Shown: positions 9,376-19,271 of the stretch, piece by piece
Layout: each line of letters starts with the position of its first letter
Position numbering within the stretch: position 1 is the stretch's first letter
IMG/VR virus record: IMGVR_UViG_3300047557_002530
From: a virus
Taxonomy: Duplodnaviria; Caudoviricetes
Strand: one strand, 5' to 3'
DNA: 64,000 bases
Notes under the pieces: model-generated
What the model saw: only the letters and a program-made list of their open reading frames with translations
What the model was told of the DNA's origin: nothing
Database searches by the model: none
Position numbers and translations under genes: made by a program

Positions 9376-10341
9376 ATGAACTATCTGAAGGTTTATTGTA
9401 ACCTCATTAGAAAAGCAGAGAATAGAACTTTATCTGAAGATTACATAGAAAAGCATCATACATTCCCAAAAAGTATCTTTGGAAAGAATAATAGAGTTGT
9501 TATGCTCACTGCAAGAGAGCATTACATCGCACATTTGCTATTAGAAAAAATTTGTATCGTAAGATATGGAATTGATGATAAAAGAACAAAGAAAATGAAT
9601 CTTGCTTGTTTTTTAATGAGAAGTCGTAGTGAAAAATACAATTCTCATTTATATGAACAAGTAAGAAAGAGATATAGTGAAAATATGAAGGAAAGAATGA
9701 AAGGTGAAAATAATCCAAGTTATGGTGTTCCTTGTAGTGAAGAGAGGAAACAAAAAATAAGAGAAAAACACTTGGGAAGAAAAGCATCTCAAGAAACAAA
9801 AAATAAAATGAGTATAACCAGAAAAGGAAGAAAGTTTAGAAGTTATATTAAAAATGGGAAAAGGTTTGGAAATTACTTAAAAATATATGATTTGCAGTTT
9901 AGAGAAATGTTTATTGAAATAGTTAAAACTTCTCATACTAAAACTGAAATTGTAAAAAGGTTAGAAAATAAAATAAGTTATAAATGTGTTGTTGGTTGGA
10001 TAAAGGAATTGAATTTAGATACTATTCATTTTACTGGAAATCTTGGACTAAAACATACAGATGAAGCAAAGGAAAATATAAAATTAGCAAAACTTGGCGA
10101 GAAAAATCCATTTTATGGAAAAACTCATACTGATGAAGTTAAATCCAAGATGAGTGAAGATAGAACAGGAGAAAAAAATGCTTTTTATGGTAAAACACAT
10201 AACCAAGAAACCAGGCAAAAAATTGGAGAAAAAAATAGTGAAAGTATGAAAGGTATGTTGTGGTGGAATGATGGACAAACTCAAAAAAGAAGTAGAGAAT
10301 GTCCTGGTGATGATTGGATAAGAGGTAGGTTAAAAAAATAA
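9376..10341 (+). CDS. HNH homing endonuclease with NUMOD3 repeats
   Basis: EKHHTFPKS...LTAREHYIAH; several NPFYGKTHTDE-type repeats; ATG start at 9376 rather than the track's 9310. Confidence 0.88.
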   Translation: MNYLKVYCNLIRKAENRTLSEDYIEKHHTFPKSIFGKNNRVVMLTAREHYIAHLLLEKICIVRYGIDDKRTKKMNLACFLMRSRSEKYNSHLYEQVRKRYSENMKERMKGENNPSYGVPCSEERKQKIREKHLGRKASQETKNKMSITRKGRKFRSYIKNGKRFGNYLKIYDLQFREMFIEIVKTSHTKTEIVKRLENKISYKCVVGWIKELNLDTIHFTGNLGLKHTDEAKENIKLAKLGEKNPFYGKTHTDEVKSKMSEDRTGEKNAFYGKTHNQETRQKIGEKNSESMKGMLWWNDGQTQKRSRECPGDDWIRGRLKK

Positions 10342-10345
10342 CAAA

Positions 10346-10403
10346 AGACACTTGAATAACTGGCACAGGACATCTCACACTCTCACCACTTCTGTGCTAT
10401 AAT
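10346..10403 (+). promoter_or_regulatory. promoter element E5
   Basis: AGACAC-TTGAATAA-CTGGCA; TATAAT at +52. Confidence 0.8.
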
Positions 10404-10426
10404 ACTGTCATAGTCACAAGACTCCT

Positions 10427-11919
10427 ATGAAACAATGGATTGAAAACGCACTCTGGTCTTGGAAATGTTGTATTCATTCTCGATTTGTAGAGTATAATGA
10501 CAACATAGATCGTTGTGCTTTCTTTGAGGAGTTAAACTATGGTTGGGTTCAAATGCAAGATGAATACATAATGTCTCAACCAAACTTTGACCCTTATAAT
10601 CTATCTGGTAGAGACCCTAGATACTCTTATGTGATGAGGAAAAAATGAACTTTCCTGTGTGGTTAAACAAATGGATAATATCCAACAAATACATAAAATA
10701 TACAATTTTATGGTATTGGTATCGTCTTATCAATCATTCTAATTGGAGAATGGATGATCATCAACGATATGCTGATTTCTGGTTGAATCTCAATCATGGT
10801 TGGGACCACATGAATTATGTTCACAAGTTCGAAGAATTCTGGGGTAAAGGTTCTTATCCACCTGAAAAAACTATAATATCCAAAGAAGCATATGATAAAC
10901 TGGTGGAAAAACTCAACGAACCACCACAATATAATGAAAGGATTGCAAGAGTATTAACCAAAAAAGCCCCTTGGGATGATTGAAATGAAACCTGATGATA
11001 AAGAAGCACTTTTAGACTTTATAAGTGGTTCTAGATTTGTTTTTGGATTTGTAGTATTTGTATCGGTTTTAGCATTTATTGCGAATGCTTCTGCGAACTG
11101 GTTAGACGCACAACCAACACCACAGAACCAAAGATTTGAGGTGGTGGATGAGTACAAGGGGTGTGATGTGATACAATATAATCCTGATGGTTCTGCACGA
11201 TATTCTTATTTCCTTCACTGTAAATGAACGAGAAATCTAAAATCTACTACAATATCTGGTGTTGCGCTTATCAACGTAGAGGACTATATAAAGGAACCGA
11301 CAGGGAACACAGAGAGCACGAAACTGTGCGTATGTGCCTTGATATGAAAGACGTGAAGTTCTATCATTTTGATACAGAAAAACCGCATTATCTCTAATGA
11401 TATTCTCCAGACCAATTTTAGGAACTAATACCAAGAAAACTAAACTGTCTTGGATTGAATACTACTGGAACTCTTGTATTGTTCAGGGATGGTATAATTG
11501 TTGGTATGCCTTTAAGAATTGGTCCGACTTGATGGGTAATCACTATCAAGACTATGCACTTCTCAAGACTGATGATCCATTAGAACAATGTATTCTTTAT
11601 TTCTGGGATAGTCTTGAAGATGAGATTTATCCCAAACACTTCTTGGATAGTCTTCTTCAAATGGCACACGACATTGATACTGGTAAAGAAAAAGTTATTC
11701 CTCTTGATGAAAATTTCTTTGATAGAATGAAAGACCTTGTAAAAGATGTGGAGTTGAATGATGAAGACCTTACCTGATAAGTTTCAGTTGAGGATTATGT
11801 GGACTGTTGCTACATCTTCTGCGATTGAAACTAGACAACCTGCATATGAAATCTTTGCTAAATTGCTGTATAATGACTTGAGTGATGAGGAGTTTCCTGT
11901 TAAACTTGGAGAAAAATAA
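10427..11919 (+). other. coupled small ORFs (10427-10648, 10645-10983, 10976-11227 membrane, 11224-11397, 11397-11777, 11761-11919)
   Basis: Overlapping starts and stops downstream of E5. Confidence 0.7.
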
Positions 11920-12308
11920 TGGGACTATATGACGACATTCGTTCTTCTTATGATTTGGGAGAACAATTCACTAATGTACCAATGCAAACCAAAGGACTTG
12001 CTTGTGCAATGGGTAGTTATTGGATTGCACCTGATGGATGCTTGTATGAAATCACTCATAGAGAAACTCATACCTTTGAAGATATCAAAGAGGATGATGA
12101 GCGTTATGAATCAGACCCAAGAAGAAAAATTTTTAACTTTGAGTGGATACCGACAGGAAAGCATGGTAAAGTAGAACCATGTTACATCACCGATTATGTT
12201 GAAGTTTATCCGGCACAGTGGAATGGGCACTATGATGACTGGCCCCGTTGCAGAATCCACTTCAAGTATGGTAGAGTGATTGAGTACGAACACTTCACCA
12301 GACAATGA
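11919..12308 (+). CDS. conserved phage hypothetical protein
   Basis: MGLYDDI...QTKGL...Y.I..DG.L pattern common in phages. Confidence 0.75.
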   Translation: MGLYDDIRSSYDLGEQFTNVPMQTKGLACAMGSYWIAPDGCLYEITHRETHTFEDIKEDDERYESDPRRKIFNFEWIPTGKHGKVEPCYITDYVEVYPAQWNGHYDDWPRCRIHFKYGRVIEYEHFTRQ

Positions 12309-12766
12309 AAGAGTTTGATTACTCTTTAGATTATAAAAACTTAGACTTTACAGACATAAATATCAGAAAACTTTATCGTATTGGTCGCGGAGAACAGGGA
12401 GTGCTCCTTGTGAGACCATATACTGATGATATTTGTGCACATTGGAGGTTTAAGGATGTGGTTACTGCTCGTAAATCTTCTACTAAGATATACGAAATGT
12501 ATCAAGATTATAAACGACAGAAGGATTTCATTGGAATGGATATGGCACGGAAATTCCTTGAGATGGGATTCACTAGGTCCAGACGGTATGCGAATCATAA
12601 GAGTGGACGCAAATACGATTCGTCTGGTGCCATACTTCCCCAGGAAGAAGACGCTTTGGTGTCGGTTAAAGCAGAGTCTGCGCGTATATTTAAAGAAGTA
12701 CGTGACAGGGTTGCCCTGGATCCAGAATATGTTATGATGAGAAAGCAATGGAGGAAAGATGAGTGA
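12305..12766 (+). CDS. DUF4385 family protein
   Basis: YRIGRGEQGVLLVRPY...HWRFK...DMARKFLEMGFTRSRRYANHKSG signature. Confidence 0.8.
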   Translation: MKEFDYSLDYKNLDFTDINIRKLYRIGRGEQGVLLVRPYTDDICAHWRFKDVVTARKSSTKIYEMYQDYKRQKDFIGMDMARKFLEMGFTRSRRYANHKSGRKYDSSGAILPQEEDALVSVKAESARIFKEVRDRVALDPEYVMMRKQWRKDE

Positions 12767-13080
12767 TTAGCACAGAAATGTTTCCTTATGATAAGTTTGG
12801 ATTTAGGTTGGAATTTGGTGAGAAGAAAAACCCTACAATTTGTTGGTTTGAGTGCCAAGAACATCTTGACAAATACCTAGAAAGGTATAAACTAGATAAG
12901 AGAACTATTAAGATTGATTATCGTGATGGAGAACCCATTGACACCAGTAAAGAACGTAAGAGAAGTGTGGAACAAAAGCCTAAACCAAAAAGTAAAGGAA
13001 GTTCTGGTACAAGTAAAGGACGAAAACCCCGCGTGGATTCCACTAGAAACACTACTCGCACTACAAAACGCAAAAAATGA
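12763..13080 (+). CDS. hypothetical protein with a basic C-terminal tail
   Basis: GTG start overlapping the upstream stop. Confidence 0.7.
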   Translation: MISTEMFPYDKFGFRLEFGEKKNPTICWFECQEHLDKYLERYKLDKRTIKIDYRDGEPIDTSKERKRSVEQKPKPKSKGSSGTSKGRKPRVDSTRNTTRTTKRKK

Positions 13081-14441
13081 TACAGGTAACTGAAAATGAA
13101 GACAAATCATTTACCATCAGTTGGGACGAGACTTCTCCTACTGAAAGTATTCTCAACACCTGGACTGAAGATGATTTCATCAAAGTCATTATGGAACGTG
13201 TTGAAGAACTGAAAGACAATGAACGACAAGACTAAACTTATTCTTGCTTTAATGCAGATTGATAACCTTACCGAACTACTAAAAGGAAATCAGTATCAAG
13301 ACTTTCTATACAGTAAACTAATCTCCACACGAATTGAACTACAAAGGCAACTGAATCATTATGAGTAAACAGTTTTATGACGACGATGCTTTCTATGTGG
13401 AGCAGAAAAAGTATGGACTCTGGCAGTCACATTATCCTGATGGTTCTGGTATCATTACTTCGTTAAATGAACTCCAATGTGTAACTGCTACACGTTGGTA
13501 TTTGAAAGCAAAACAAGAGGGTGAGTTTAACAAATCACCCGATAAAAGTTATTCTGGAGAAGTTGGAGGAAAACTATGACAACTCGTACATTTATCGATA
13601 AGAATGGCAATTCTTGGGAATGGGAAGAGACCGCAGAGACTGTAAAAGCAGTTCAAGAACTTACGAACTTTGCTGGTAATTATCCCGGTCCATTGTATGC
13701 CCCACACCCAGATTTGAAAAATGAAAATGCGCCTAAATCCTAATCAACAGTTCTGGGCTAACATCTTTCGCTGTGCCGTAGAAAGGTCTAACATTTACTT
13801 TCAAGATAAAGACCTTGAGCGACACGCAAGAGAACATACAACTGTCGTATTAGCATTACAAAAAGGAGAGGAATTTTGGAAAGAACTACTGTAGAATATC
13901 CCTATCACGTTCTTGATAAAACCACTCCTTGGTATGAGTGGTTATGTTATTGTGAAATCTGCCACCAACTAGATGTTCCAGGACAACCATCTTTAGGGCG
14001 TTTTATGTCATACAGGCGTTATTTGAAATCTGTTGGACTTCTTGATAATGATTAAAAAGTTTATTAGATGGTTTGTTTCTCCCAACGAAAAACCAAATAC
14101 CGAAGATGTCTATTCAAAATTAATTGAATTGCAAGAACGTATTGAAGTACTTGAATCAGAAAGTGTGGAAAATAGTAACTGTTTTTATGAACTTTCAAAT
14201 TCGATTGATGCAGTTGATGCACGCATAGATATTCTAACTCTTGAGAATTGGTGTAAGAAAGATGTATGAATTAGACGATTTCGAAAAAGCATTAGCACAC
14301 TTTGGTACAAGAGTTGATATTATCATAGCATTGGAGATGGGAGGCAAACTAGATGCTGACACTGCTTACAAAAATATTAAAATGGAACTCAAGGAACTCA
14401 AACGTATCCGAAAGTCCATCAAAAAAGACAAGGATCTGTGA
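13077..14441 (+). other. run of small hypothetical ORFs (including 13077-13235, 13219-13368, 13361-13579, 14048-14269, 14262-14441)
   Basis: Coupled short ORFs. Confidence 0.65.
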
Positions 14442-14556
14442 TAAGTGTGGAGTGGCAAAACCACTTGACGAAAACCATTACCAAGTCGTAAAATACTTTC
14501 GTGATGGTTTTTCTTATTACTGCCACGAATGTTCTAAACCTAAACCAAAAGATTGA
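14353..14556 (+). CDS. putative zinc-ribbon protein overlapping the upstream ORF
   Basis: CDKC...CHEC; start uncertain, 89-nt overlap. Confidence 0.5.
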   Translation: MLTLLTKILKWNSRNSNVSESPSKKTRICDKCGVAKPLDENHYQVVKYFRDGFSYYCHECSKPKPKD

Positions 14557-14558
14557 TT

Positions 14559-15101
14559 ATGGACTATAAAAAGTATTCTCTTGAGAATCTTGAAAATTGG
14601 TTGCACGATGCAATGTCTGCAGGTGAAGCAACACCTCAGGAAATCTATGATGTTATTGTTGGCGTAGTTAAGGAAAACTACTACACATACAAACATCAAA
14701 CATCTCAAGCATATGAACTTCTTGCACTGTTGAATAGCGGTGTCGATAATAACAAATATCAAGATTATCTAAATAAAACCTTGAGATGTGATGGAGATAA
14801 TTCTTCACCTGAACGTAAAGGTGTTTGGAGTGATTTTTGGCAAGAATACTATTACCCAGAAGAATCTAAACTTCACGTAACTGAAGATGGAGATATATAT
14901 CCAGTTAAAGATAAAGTTGTAAAGTGGCGACTTCCGATTGAAATGGATGGATTGACCGGTGAATGTTATGTTCAGTTTCCTGATGATTTGTTAGAAGCAG
15001 CAAATCTAAAGGAAGGTGATACAGTAAACTGGATTGACCGTGGAGACGGTAGTTTTGAATTGAGAAAAGTAACTAAACCCCTAGGAATGGATGAGTGTTG
15101 A
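14559..15101 (+). CDS. protein with a C-terminal AbrB/SpoVT-like DNA-binding domain
   Basis: VQFPDDLLEAANLKEGDTVNWIDRGDGSFELRK. Confidence 0.65.
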   Translation: MDYKKYSLENLENWLHDAMSAGEATPQEIYDVIVGVVKENYYTYKHQTSQAYELLALLNSGVDNNKYQDYLNKTLRCDGDNSSPERKGVWSDFWQEYYYPEESKLHVTEDGDIYPVKDKVVKWRLPIEMDGLTGECYVQFPDDLLEAANLKEGDTVNWIDRGDGSFELRKVTKPLGMDEC

Positions 15102-15103
15102 TT

Positions 15104-15328
15104 ATGGCATTATCAAAGCAAACTTTAGATCATATTTTGGAGGCGGAGAGTCATCTTCGTGCTGCCATTCGTGTTGCATCAACATCAGAAAAACCATTAG
15201 TTGTGAAACAATTATCACAACTTCTTCTTGATATGGAAAATTGTAAAAAAATTGAAGAACTGATGGATATGCTTGAAGATAGAAAACCTGGAAGTCGTGG
15301 TAATTTTGGAACTTTCTTCAACGATTAA
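15104..15328 (+). CDS. hypothetical protein
   Basis: Helical ORF. Confidence 0.7.
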   Translation: MALSKQTLDHILEAESHLRAAIRVASTSEKPLVVKQLSQLLLDMENCKKIEELMDMLEDRKPGSRGNFGTFFND

Positions 15329-15420
15329 GAACTGTTAATCAATCCCGAAGAGAATATTAAGAAATCCCACAACCCCCTTAAATAGTGTTATGATATGCAT
15401 ATAATCGCGGGAGCAAACCT

Positions 15421-15585
15421 ATGACTCTTCCTTCAAAGGGAAATGAAAAACTTACAGACGAAGAGTTTAATGAAATGACTGCACTCAAAAATGTAATCAA
15501 CCAAAGACCTGCTGCAGTAGTTCCTGAGAAGATGGAGCAATTTACAGAGTATCTTGTACGCAGTTTGAGAGAACGTGGGGGTTGA
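15421..15585 (+). CDS. small hypothetical protein (not in the ORF track)
   Basis: MTLPSKGNEKLTDEEFNEMTAL... Confidence 0.65.
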   Translation: MTLPSKGNEKLTDEEFNEMTALKNVINQRPAAVVPEKMEQFTEYLVRSLRERGG

Positions 15586-15615
15586 TAAATAATCAGAGGT
15601 ATTTTTTTTATACAA

Positions 15616-17058
15616 ATGCTTTCTGAAGGTAGAAAAAGAGACGCAGCAGCAAATGCAGTTTTAGCACTGTCATTTGCTGCTAATGCCGCACAATCACCAC
15701 AATCATTTGTAACTTCTGGAAAAACTGCAGCACCAAGTCTTCCTTTAATGGGAGAACTGATGAGGAAAAGAAAAGAAGCAAATAGAAACTTAGACAGTTC
15801 AAGAGTATCAGAACCAGCACGTAATCGTAAGAAAAAAACTTTTAAAGAGTTTGTAGAAGAGACATACGAATATATTGAAGAAGGTTCTTCTGGAGAAAGA
15901 GGAAGAAGAAGATTGTCTCCTCGTGGACCAAGTTCAGATAAATGGGAAAGGAATAAACAAAGAAGTGTTTCTTCGAGTAATGCAGCATTAAAGAAGGCTG
16001 GATTTAGCAGATCTACTAAGTATATGTCAGGAACAAAAGGAAGACCTACTAAATGGACTGAAACCTCAACTTCTTCTCATCACGGGACAGAAACTGGAAC
16101 CTATGCAAATCAATCTGATTATGCTTCTAGGAAGGTACCAAAAAGAGGAGCAACCAGCACAAGAGTATCTAAATTGAAAAAGATTAGAACTCAACTTGGT
16201 GGAGATAGAACATCAAGACCAGTGCATGATGTTGAGGTTACTAAAAAACGCACATATAATGATACTCCTTCTAGCACTATGACTAGAGGGAGAAGTTTTA
16301 GAAAAGAAGTGACGAAAGGTGTTTCGGATAATCTCAAAAAAGCAGGAGCGAAACCAGGAGACATCATGACAGCAACTCCTACAAGTTCTTCTAGGTCAAG
16401 AATGTATGGAAGAACTCATAATGTTAGAACTGATAGAAAAACAGGAATTCTTGTTGATAGAATTAGAGAAGAATTAAAATTAATAAGAGAAGGAGCACAC
16501 TTCTCAACTAAAGATGAGTTGATGAAGCACCATGGAGGAAAACTCCCAGATGGAACTTTCATTAAAAATAGGGGAACCAAAGAAAATCCAAAGTATGGTC
16601 TTGCTTCAATTCAATCTAGAGAAAATGAGAAAGAAAGAAGAGAAAAAAGAATTAAACAAGCAACAGGACAACTAACACCAAGAGAAAAAGCAAAAGTTGA
16701 ACGTAAACGTAGATTAGCAAGAAGACGTGGAGCAGAACTTCATCATGGAACTGAAATAGAAACTTCTGGTAAAGAAATGGAGGGTATGTCTCCTGGTGAC
16801 GTGTTGAGATATAAGAAAAAGCAAGCACAACAGAATAGGTATCACGGCAATGACCCAAGAAATCTAGTTGTTGCGAATAAAAGTCCAGTATCAAAATTCA
16901 AACCACAACAACCAGGATTTCATCACGGTAAGTTCCATGCATTTGAAAGAGGTAATCGTGAAAAACTAAGTGATATTAGTAATGCTATCACTCCCATGAG
17001 AGCTTATACTACTCTTGTGAATAAAGCAAGAAGAAAAACTAGAAGAGGTGAAGATTAG
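15616..17058 (+). CDS. late, basic, putative internal head protein with a C-terminal HNH-like motif
   Basis: ATAAATA 15585-15591; internal KTFKEFVEE and LIRE motifs; LHH...GNDPRNL...HGKFH. Confidence 0.6.
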   Translation: MLSEGRKRDAAANAVLALSFAANAAQSPQSFVTSGKTAAPSLPLMGELMRKRKEANRNLDSSRVSEPARNRKKKTFKEFVEETYEYIEEGSSGERGRRRLSPRGPSSDKWERNKQRSVSSSNAALKKAGFSRSTKYMSGTKGRPTKWTETSTSSHHGTETGTYANQSDYASRKVPKRGATSTRVSKLKKIRTQLGGDRTSRPVHDVEVTKKRTYNDTPSSTMTRGRSFRKEVTKGVSDNLKKAGAKPGDIMTATPTSSSRSRMYGRTHNVRTDRKTGILVDRIREELKLIREGAHFSTKDELMKHHGGKLPDGTFIKNRGTKENPKYGLASIQSRENEKERREKRIKQATGQLTPREKAKVERKRRLARRRGAELHHGTEIETSGKEMEGMSPGDVLRYKKKQAQQNRYHGNDPRNLVVANKSPVSKFKPQQPGFHHGKFHAFERGNREKLSDISNAITPMRAYTTLVNKARRKTRRGED

Positions 17059-17105
17059 ACTTAATAATTGCCAAAGAATAAATAAAAATAAAAGTTAGAC
17101 AAAAA

Positions 17106-17552
17106 ATGAAAACTTTCAAAGAGTTCTTAGAAGAAGCATATCTCGTTGAGATGCGTAAGGAGGATAAAGTTAAAGGAGAAACAAAAACTCCCCTTTATGT
17201 GACTAAAACTTCTGGTAGAGTTGAGAGACAACCTGAAGGTAGTGATGAAAAATGGAAACTTAGAACATCGACAAGAACGTCACTATCACCTAGAGCATCA
17301 ACTGGTAGAACGAAGCAGGGAATGATTGATCCTAAAACTCAACCTTATGCTACTCGTATGCCTGGTGCTGCTAGACACGCACAAGGTGGTGGTGGATATG
17401 GAGCAGCAGCATCAGGAAGACTCAGAGGAGTGAGGAGAACTGAAACTATCCAGCAAAGAAGAGAAAGACCATTTAGCGCAGGACCAACACCAGCACAAAA
17501 AGTTGCACTAAAGAGAGCGCAGCAAGCACGTTCAACTGGCGGCGGAAGATGA
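17106..17552 (+). CDS. putative internal head protein with a capsid-targeting N-terminus
   Basis: ATAAATA 17078-17084; MKTFKEFLEE matches the T4 IPI start MKTFKEF. Confidence 0.65.
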   Translation: MKTFKEFLEEAYLVEMRKEDKVKGETKTPLYVTKTSGRVERQPEGSDEKWKLRTSTRTSLSPRASTGRTKQGMIDPKTQPYATRMPGAARHAQGGGGYGAAASGRLRGVRRTETIQQRRERPFSAGPTPAQKVALKRAQQARSTGGGR

Positions 17553-17710
17553 TGAAACCAACTCCAAGAGAACTACAAGAAACCTATAAAACCTACGAAA
17601 GTATTGTAGAACATTTGATTTCGGAAGGTTATGCTGATGATAAAGAATCTGCAGATAAAATCATCGCGGGTATGAGTGAAACTTGGTATAGTTTTATTAT
17701 TAACAACTGA
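17549..17710 (+). CDS. small protein with a LISEGYA motif (not in the ORF track)
   Basis: ATGA overlap; stop abuts E6. Confidence 0.6.
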   Translation: MMKPTPRELQETYKTYESIVEHLISEGYADDKESADKIIAGMSETWYSFIINN

Positions 17711-17767
17711 GGACACTTCCCAAACTGTCCCATAGACCCCCCAGAGGGGTCTTTTTTGTGCTATGAT
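17711..17767 (+). promoter_or_regulatory. promoter element E6 with an embedded terminator-like hairpin
   Basis: GGACAC-TTCCCAAA-CTGTCC; AGACCCC/GGGGTCT plus T-run; TATGAT at +51. Confidence 0.75.
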
Positions 17768-17790
17768 TACGGAGTAATCGAAAGAGACCA

Positions 17791-18009
17791 ATGGAAGTCC
17801 TTGAGTTCACTGATTCTTCTGCTATTGCAAAGATTCAGTTCGATGATGAACAAGGTCAAGTCGGAGTAGCATACACTTCTTCGCCCGACAATTTTTATGT
17901 CTTTGGTTGCGAAGACTTGGACTATGTTCGACTTCACATCAAAACTGTCGAAAGTGTAGGTAAGTTTATTGCTGAACTAAAGAAAGAAGGAACATTGCAA
18001 AAGATTTAA
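17791..18009 (+). CDS. KTSC-like domain protein
   Basis: SSAIAKIQFD...FYVF...SVGKFI. Confidence 0.55.
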   Translation: MEVLEFTDSSAIAKIQFDDEQGQVGVAYTSSPDNFYVFGCEDLDYVRLHIKTVESVGKFIAELKKEGTLQKI

Positions 18010-18179
18010 TGGAAGGATTTATAGTTGGGGATGGTACTTATTGTGCTGTCCCTTTTGGAAAACAACTGATGATTATACATAATGGTCAACAGTTAAAAGT
18101 CTGTAGAACAGAGGCATCTGCAAGAAAATATATTGATGCACTAAAAAAAGGAAAATCAGTGGCAAAACTTCCTTTGTGA
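18009..18179 (+). CDS. small hypothetical protein
   Basis: Coupled; stop inside E7. Confidence 0.6.
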   Translation: MEGFIVGDGTYCAVPFGKQLMIIHNGQQLKVCRTEASARKYIDALKKGKSVAKLPL

Positions 18180-18233
18180 CACTTGTTTTTCTGGCACAAC
18201 TCACTCCAATTTTGGTGGGTTGTGTCCTATACT
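18177..18233 (+). promoter_or_regulatory. promoter element E7
   Basis: TGACAC-TTGTTTTT-CTGGCA; TATACT at +51. Confidence 0.75.
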
Positions 18234-18255
18234 GAGTACATTCAACAAACTTCAA

Positions 18256-18672
18256 ATGTCAACCCGAGCACGAATTGGTCTTGAACTTAAAAATGGTTCT
18301 ATTCTCTCTGTGTACCACCACTGGGATGGTTATCCTGAGTGGTTGGGTCGTATTCTGAAGACTCACTACAACACACGTCAGAAATCTGCAGAACTGATTG
18401 ATGGTGGTGATATGAGTTCTTGTTGGACTGAAGATCGCTGGAATAGTGAGACCAAAGTACAAGAATATGGTCCTCAATACTATTCCCAGCGTGGAGATGA
18501 TTGCCCTCCTCGTCTTGATGCTGACCTTGTAGAATATCTGCTCCCTGAGAATGGTGAAGAATATCATTATCTCTTTCGTAATGGTGAGTGGGTGTGCTAC
18601 AATATGCACTGTTATGTAGAAAGCAAACTCCCTGAAATTGTTGAAATCCCCTCTGCTGCTCTTGCTGTTTGA
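18256..18672 (+). CDS. conserved phage hypothetical protein
   Basis: MSTRARIG...SVYHHWDGYPEWLG motif. Confidence 0.8.
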   Translation: MSTRARIGLELKNGSILSVYHHWDGYPEWLGRILKTHYNTRQKSAELIDGGDMSSCWTEDRWNSETKVQEYGPQYYSQRGDDCPPRLDADLVEYLLPENGEEYHYLFRNGEWVCYNMHCYVESKLPEIVEIPSAALAV

Positions 18673-18675
18673 TCT

Positions 18676-18861
18676 ATGAAAACTTCTACTGCTCTTGGTA
18701 TTGGATTTGGCATCCTTGTGATTGCCGTTGCCAGTGTATTCCTACAAGCGTGGGTACTCGGCATTATTCTGTCTTGGTTTAATGTGACCTTGACATTTTG
18801 GCAGAACTTCCTTATTATTCTGCTTGCTAACTCTTTCCGCACTAACGTATCTTCTAAGTAA
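18676..18861 (+). CDS. small membrane protein
   Basis: Two hydrophobic segments. Confidence 0.7.
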   Translation: MKTSTALGIGFGILVIAVASVFLQAWVLGIILSWFNVTLTFWQNFLIILLANSFRTNVSSK

Positions 18862-18863
18862 TT

Positions 18864-19271
18864 ATGACTAAACAAAACGGATATATTGACCCTGCCGCTG
18901 TTCTGCTTGTTGGTGGTGTGGTTTTGATTGGTGGTCTCATTTTTATTGGTGGTCCACAATATAATGTGTGGCAACAATCTCTTGCTGGTAAAGCAGAACT
19001 GCAGAAGGCAGAGTATACTCGTCAGGTAGCAGTGCTGGAAGCACAAGCAAAGAAAGATTCTGCATCACAACTTGCTGATGCTGAAATCATCCGTGCGCAA
19101 GGTGTTGCAAAAGCAAACCAAATCATTGGCGATAGTCTGAAGGATAATCGTGAATACCTTCAGTATCTGTATATCACTGGTATTGAAGATGGTTCTAAGA
19201 ATGGCAATGTGACCATCTATGTTCCCACCGAAGGTGGTATGCCAGTTCCTACTCTTCAAATGAACAAATGA
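18864..19271 (+). CDS. membrane-anchored SPFH/HflC-like coiled-coil protein
   Basis: N-terminal TM; AEIIRAQGVAKANQIIGDSL...YLQYLY. Confidence 0.55.
   Translation: MTKQNGYIDPAAVLLVGGVVLIGGLIFIGGPQYNVWQQSLAGKAELQKAEYTRQVAVLEAQAKKDSASQLADAEIIRAQGVAKANQIIGDSLKDNREYLQYLYITGIEDGSKNGNVTIYVPTEGGMPVPTLQMNK

Noticed and set aside
2032-10341. Homing endonucleases as group I intron ORFs
   Set aside because: The flanking genes are intact, each nuclease has its own promoters, and no intron core was seen; they look free-standing.
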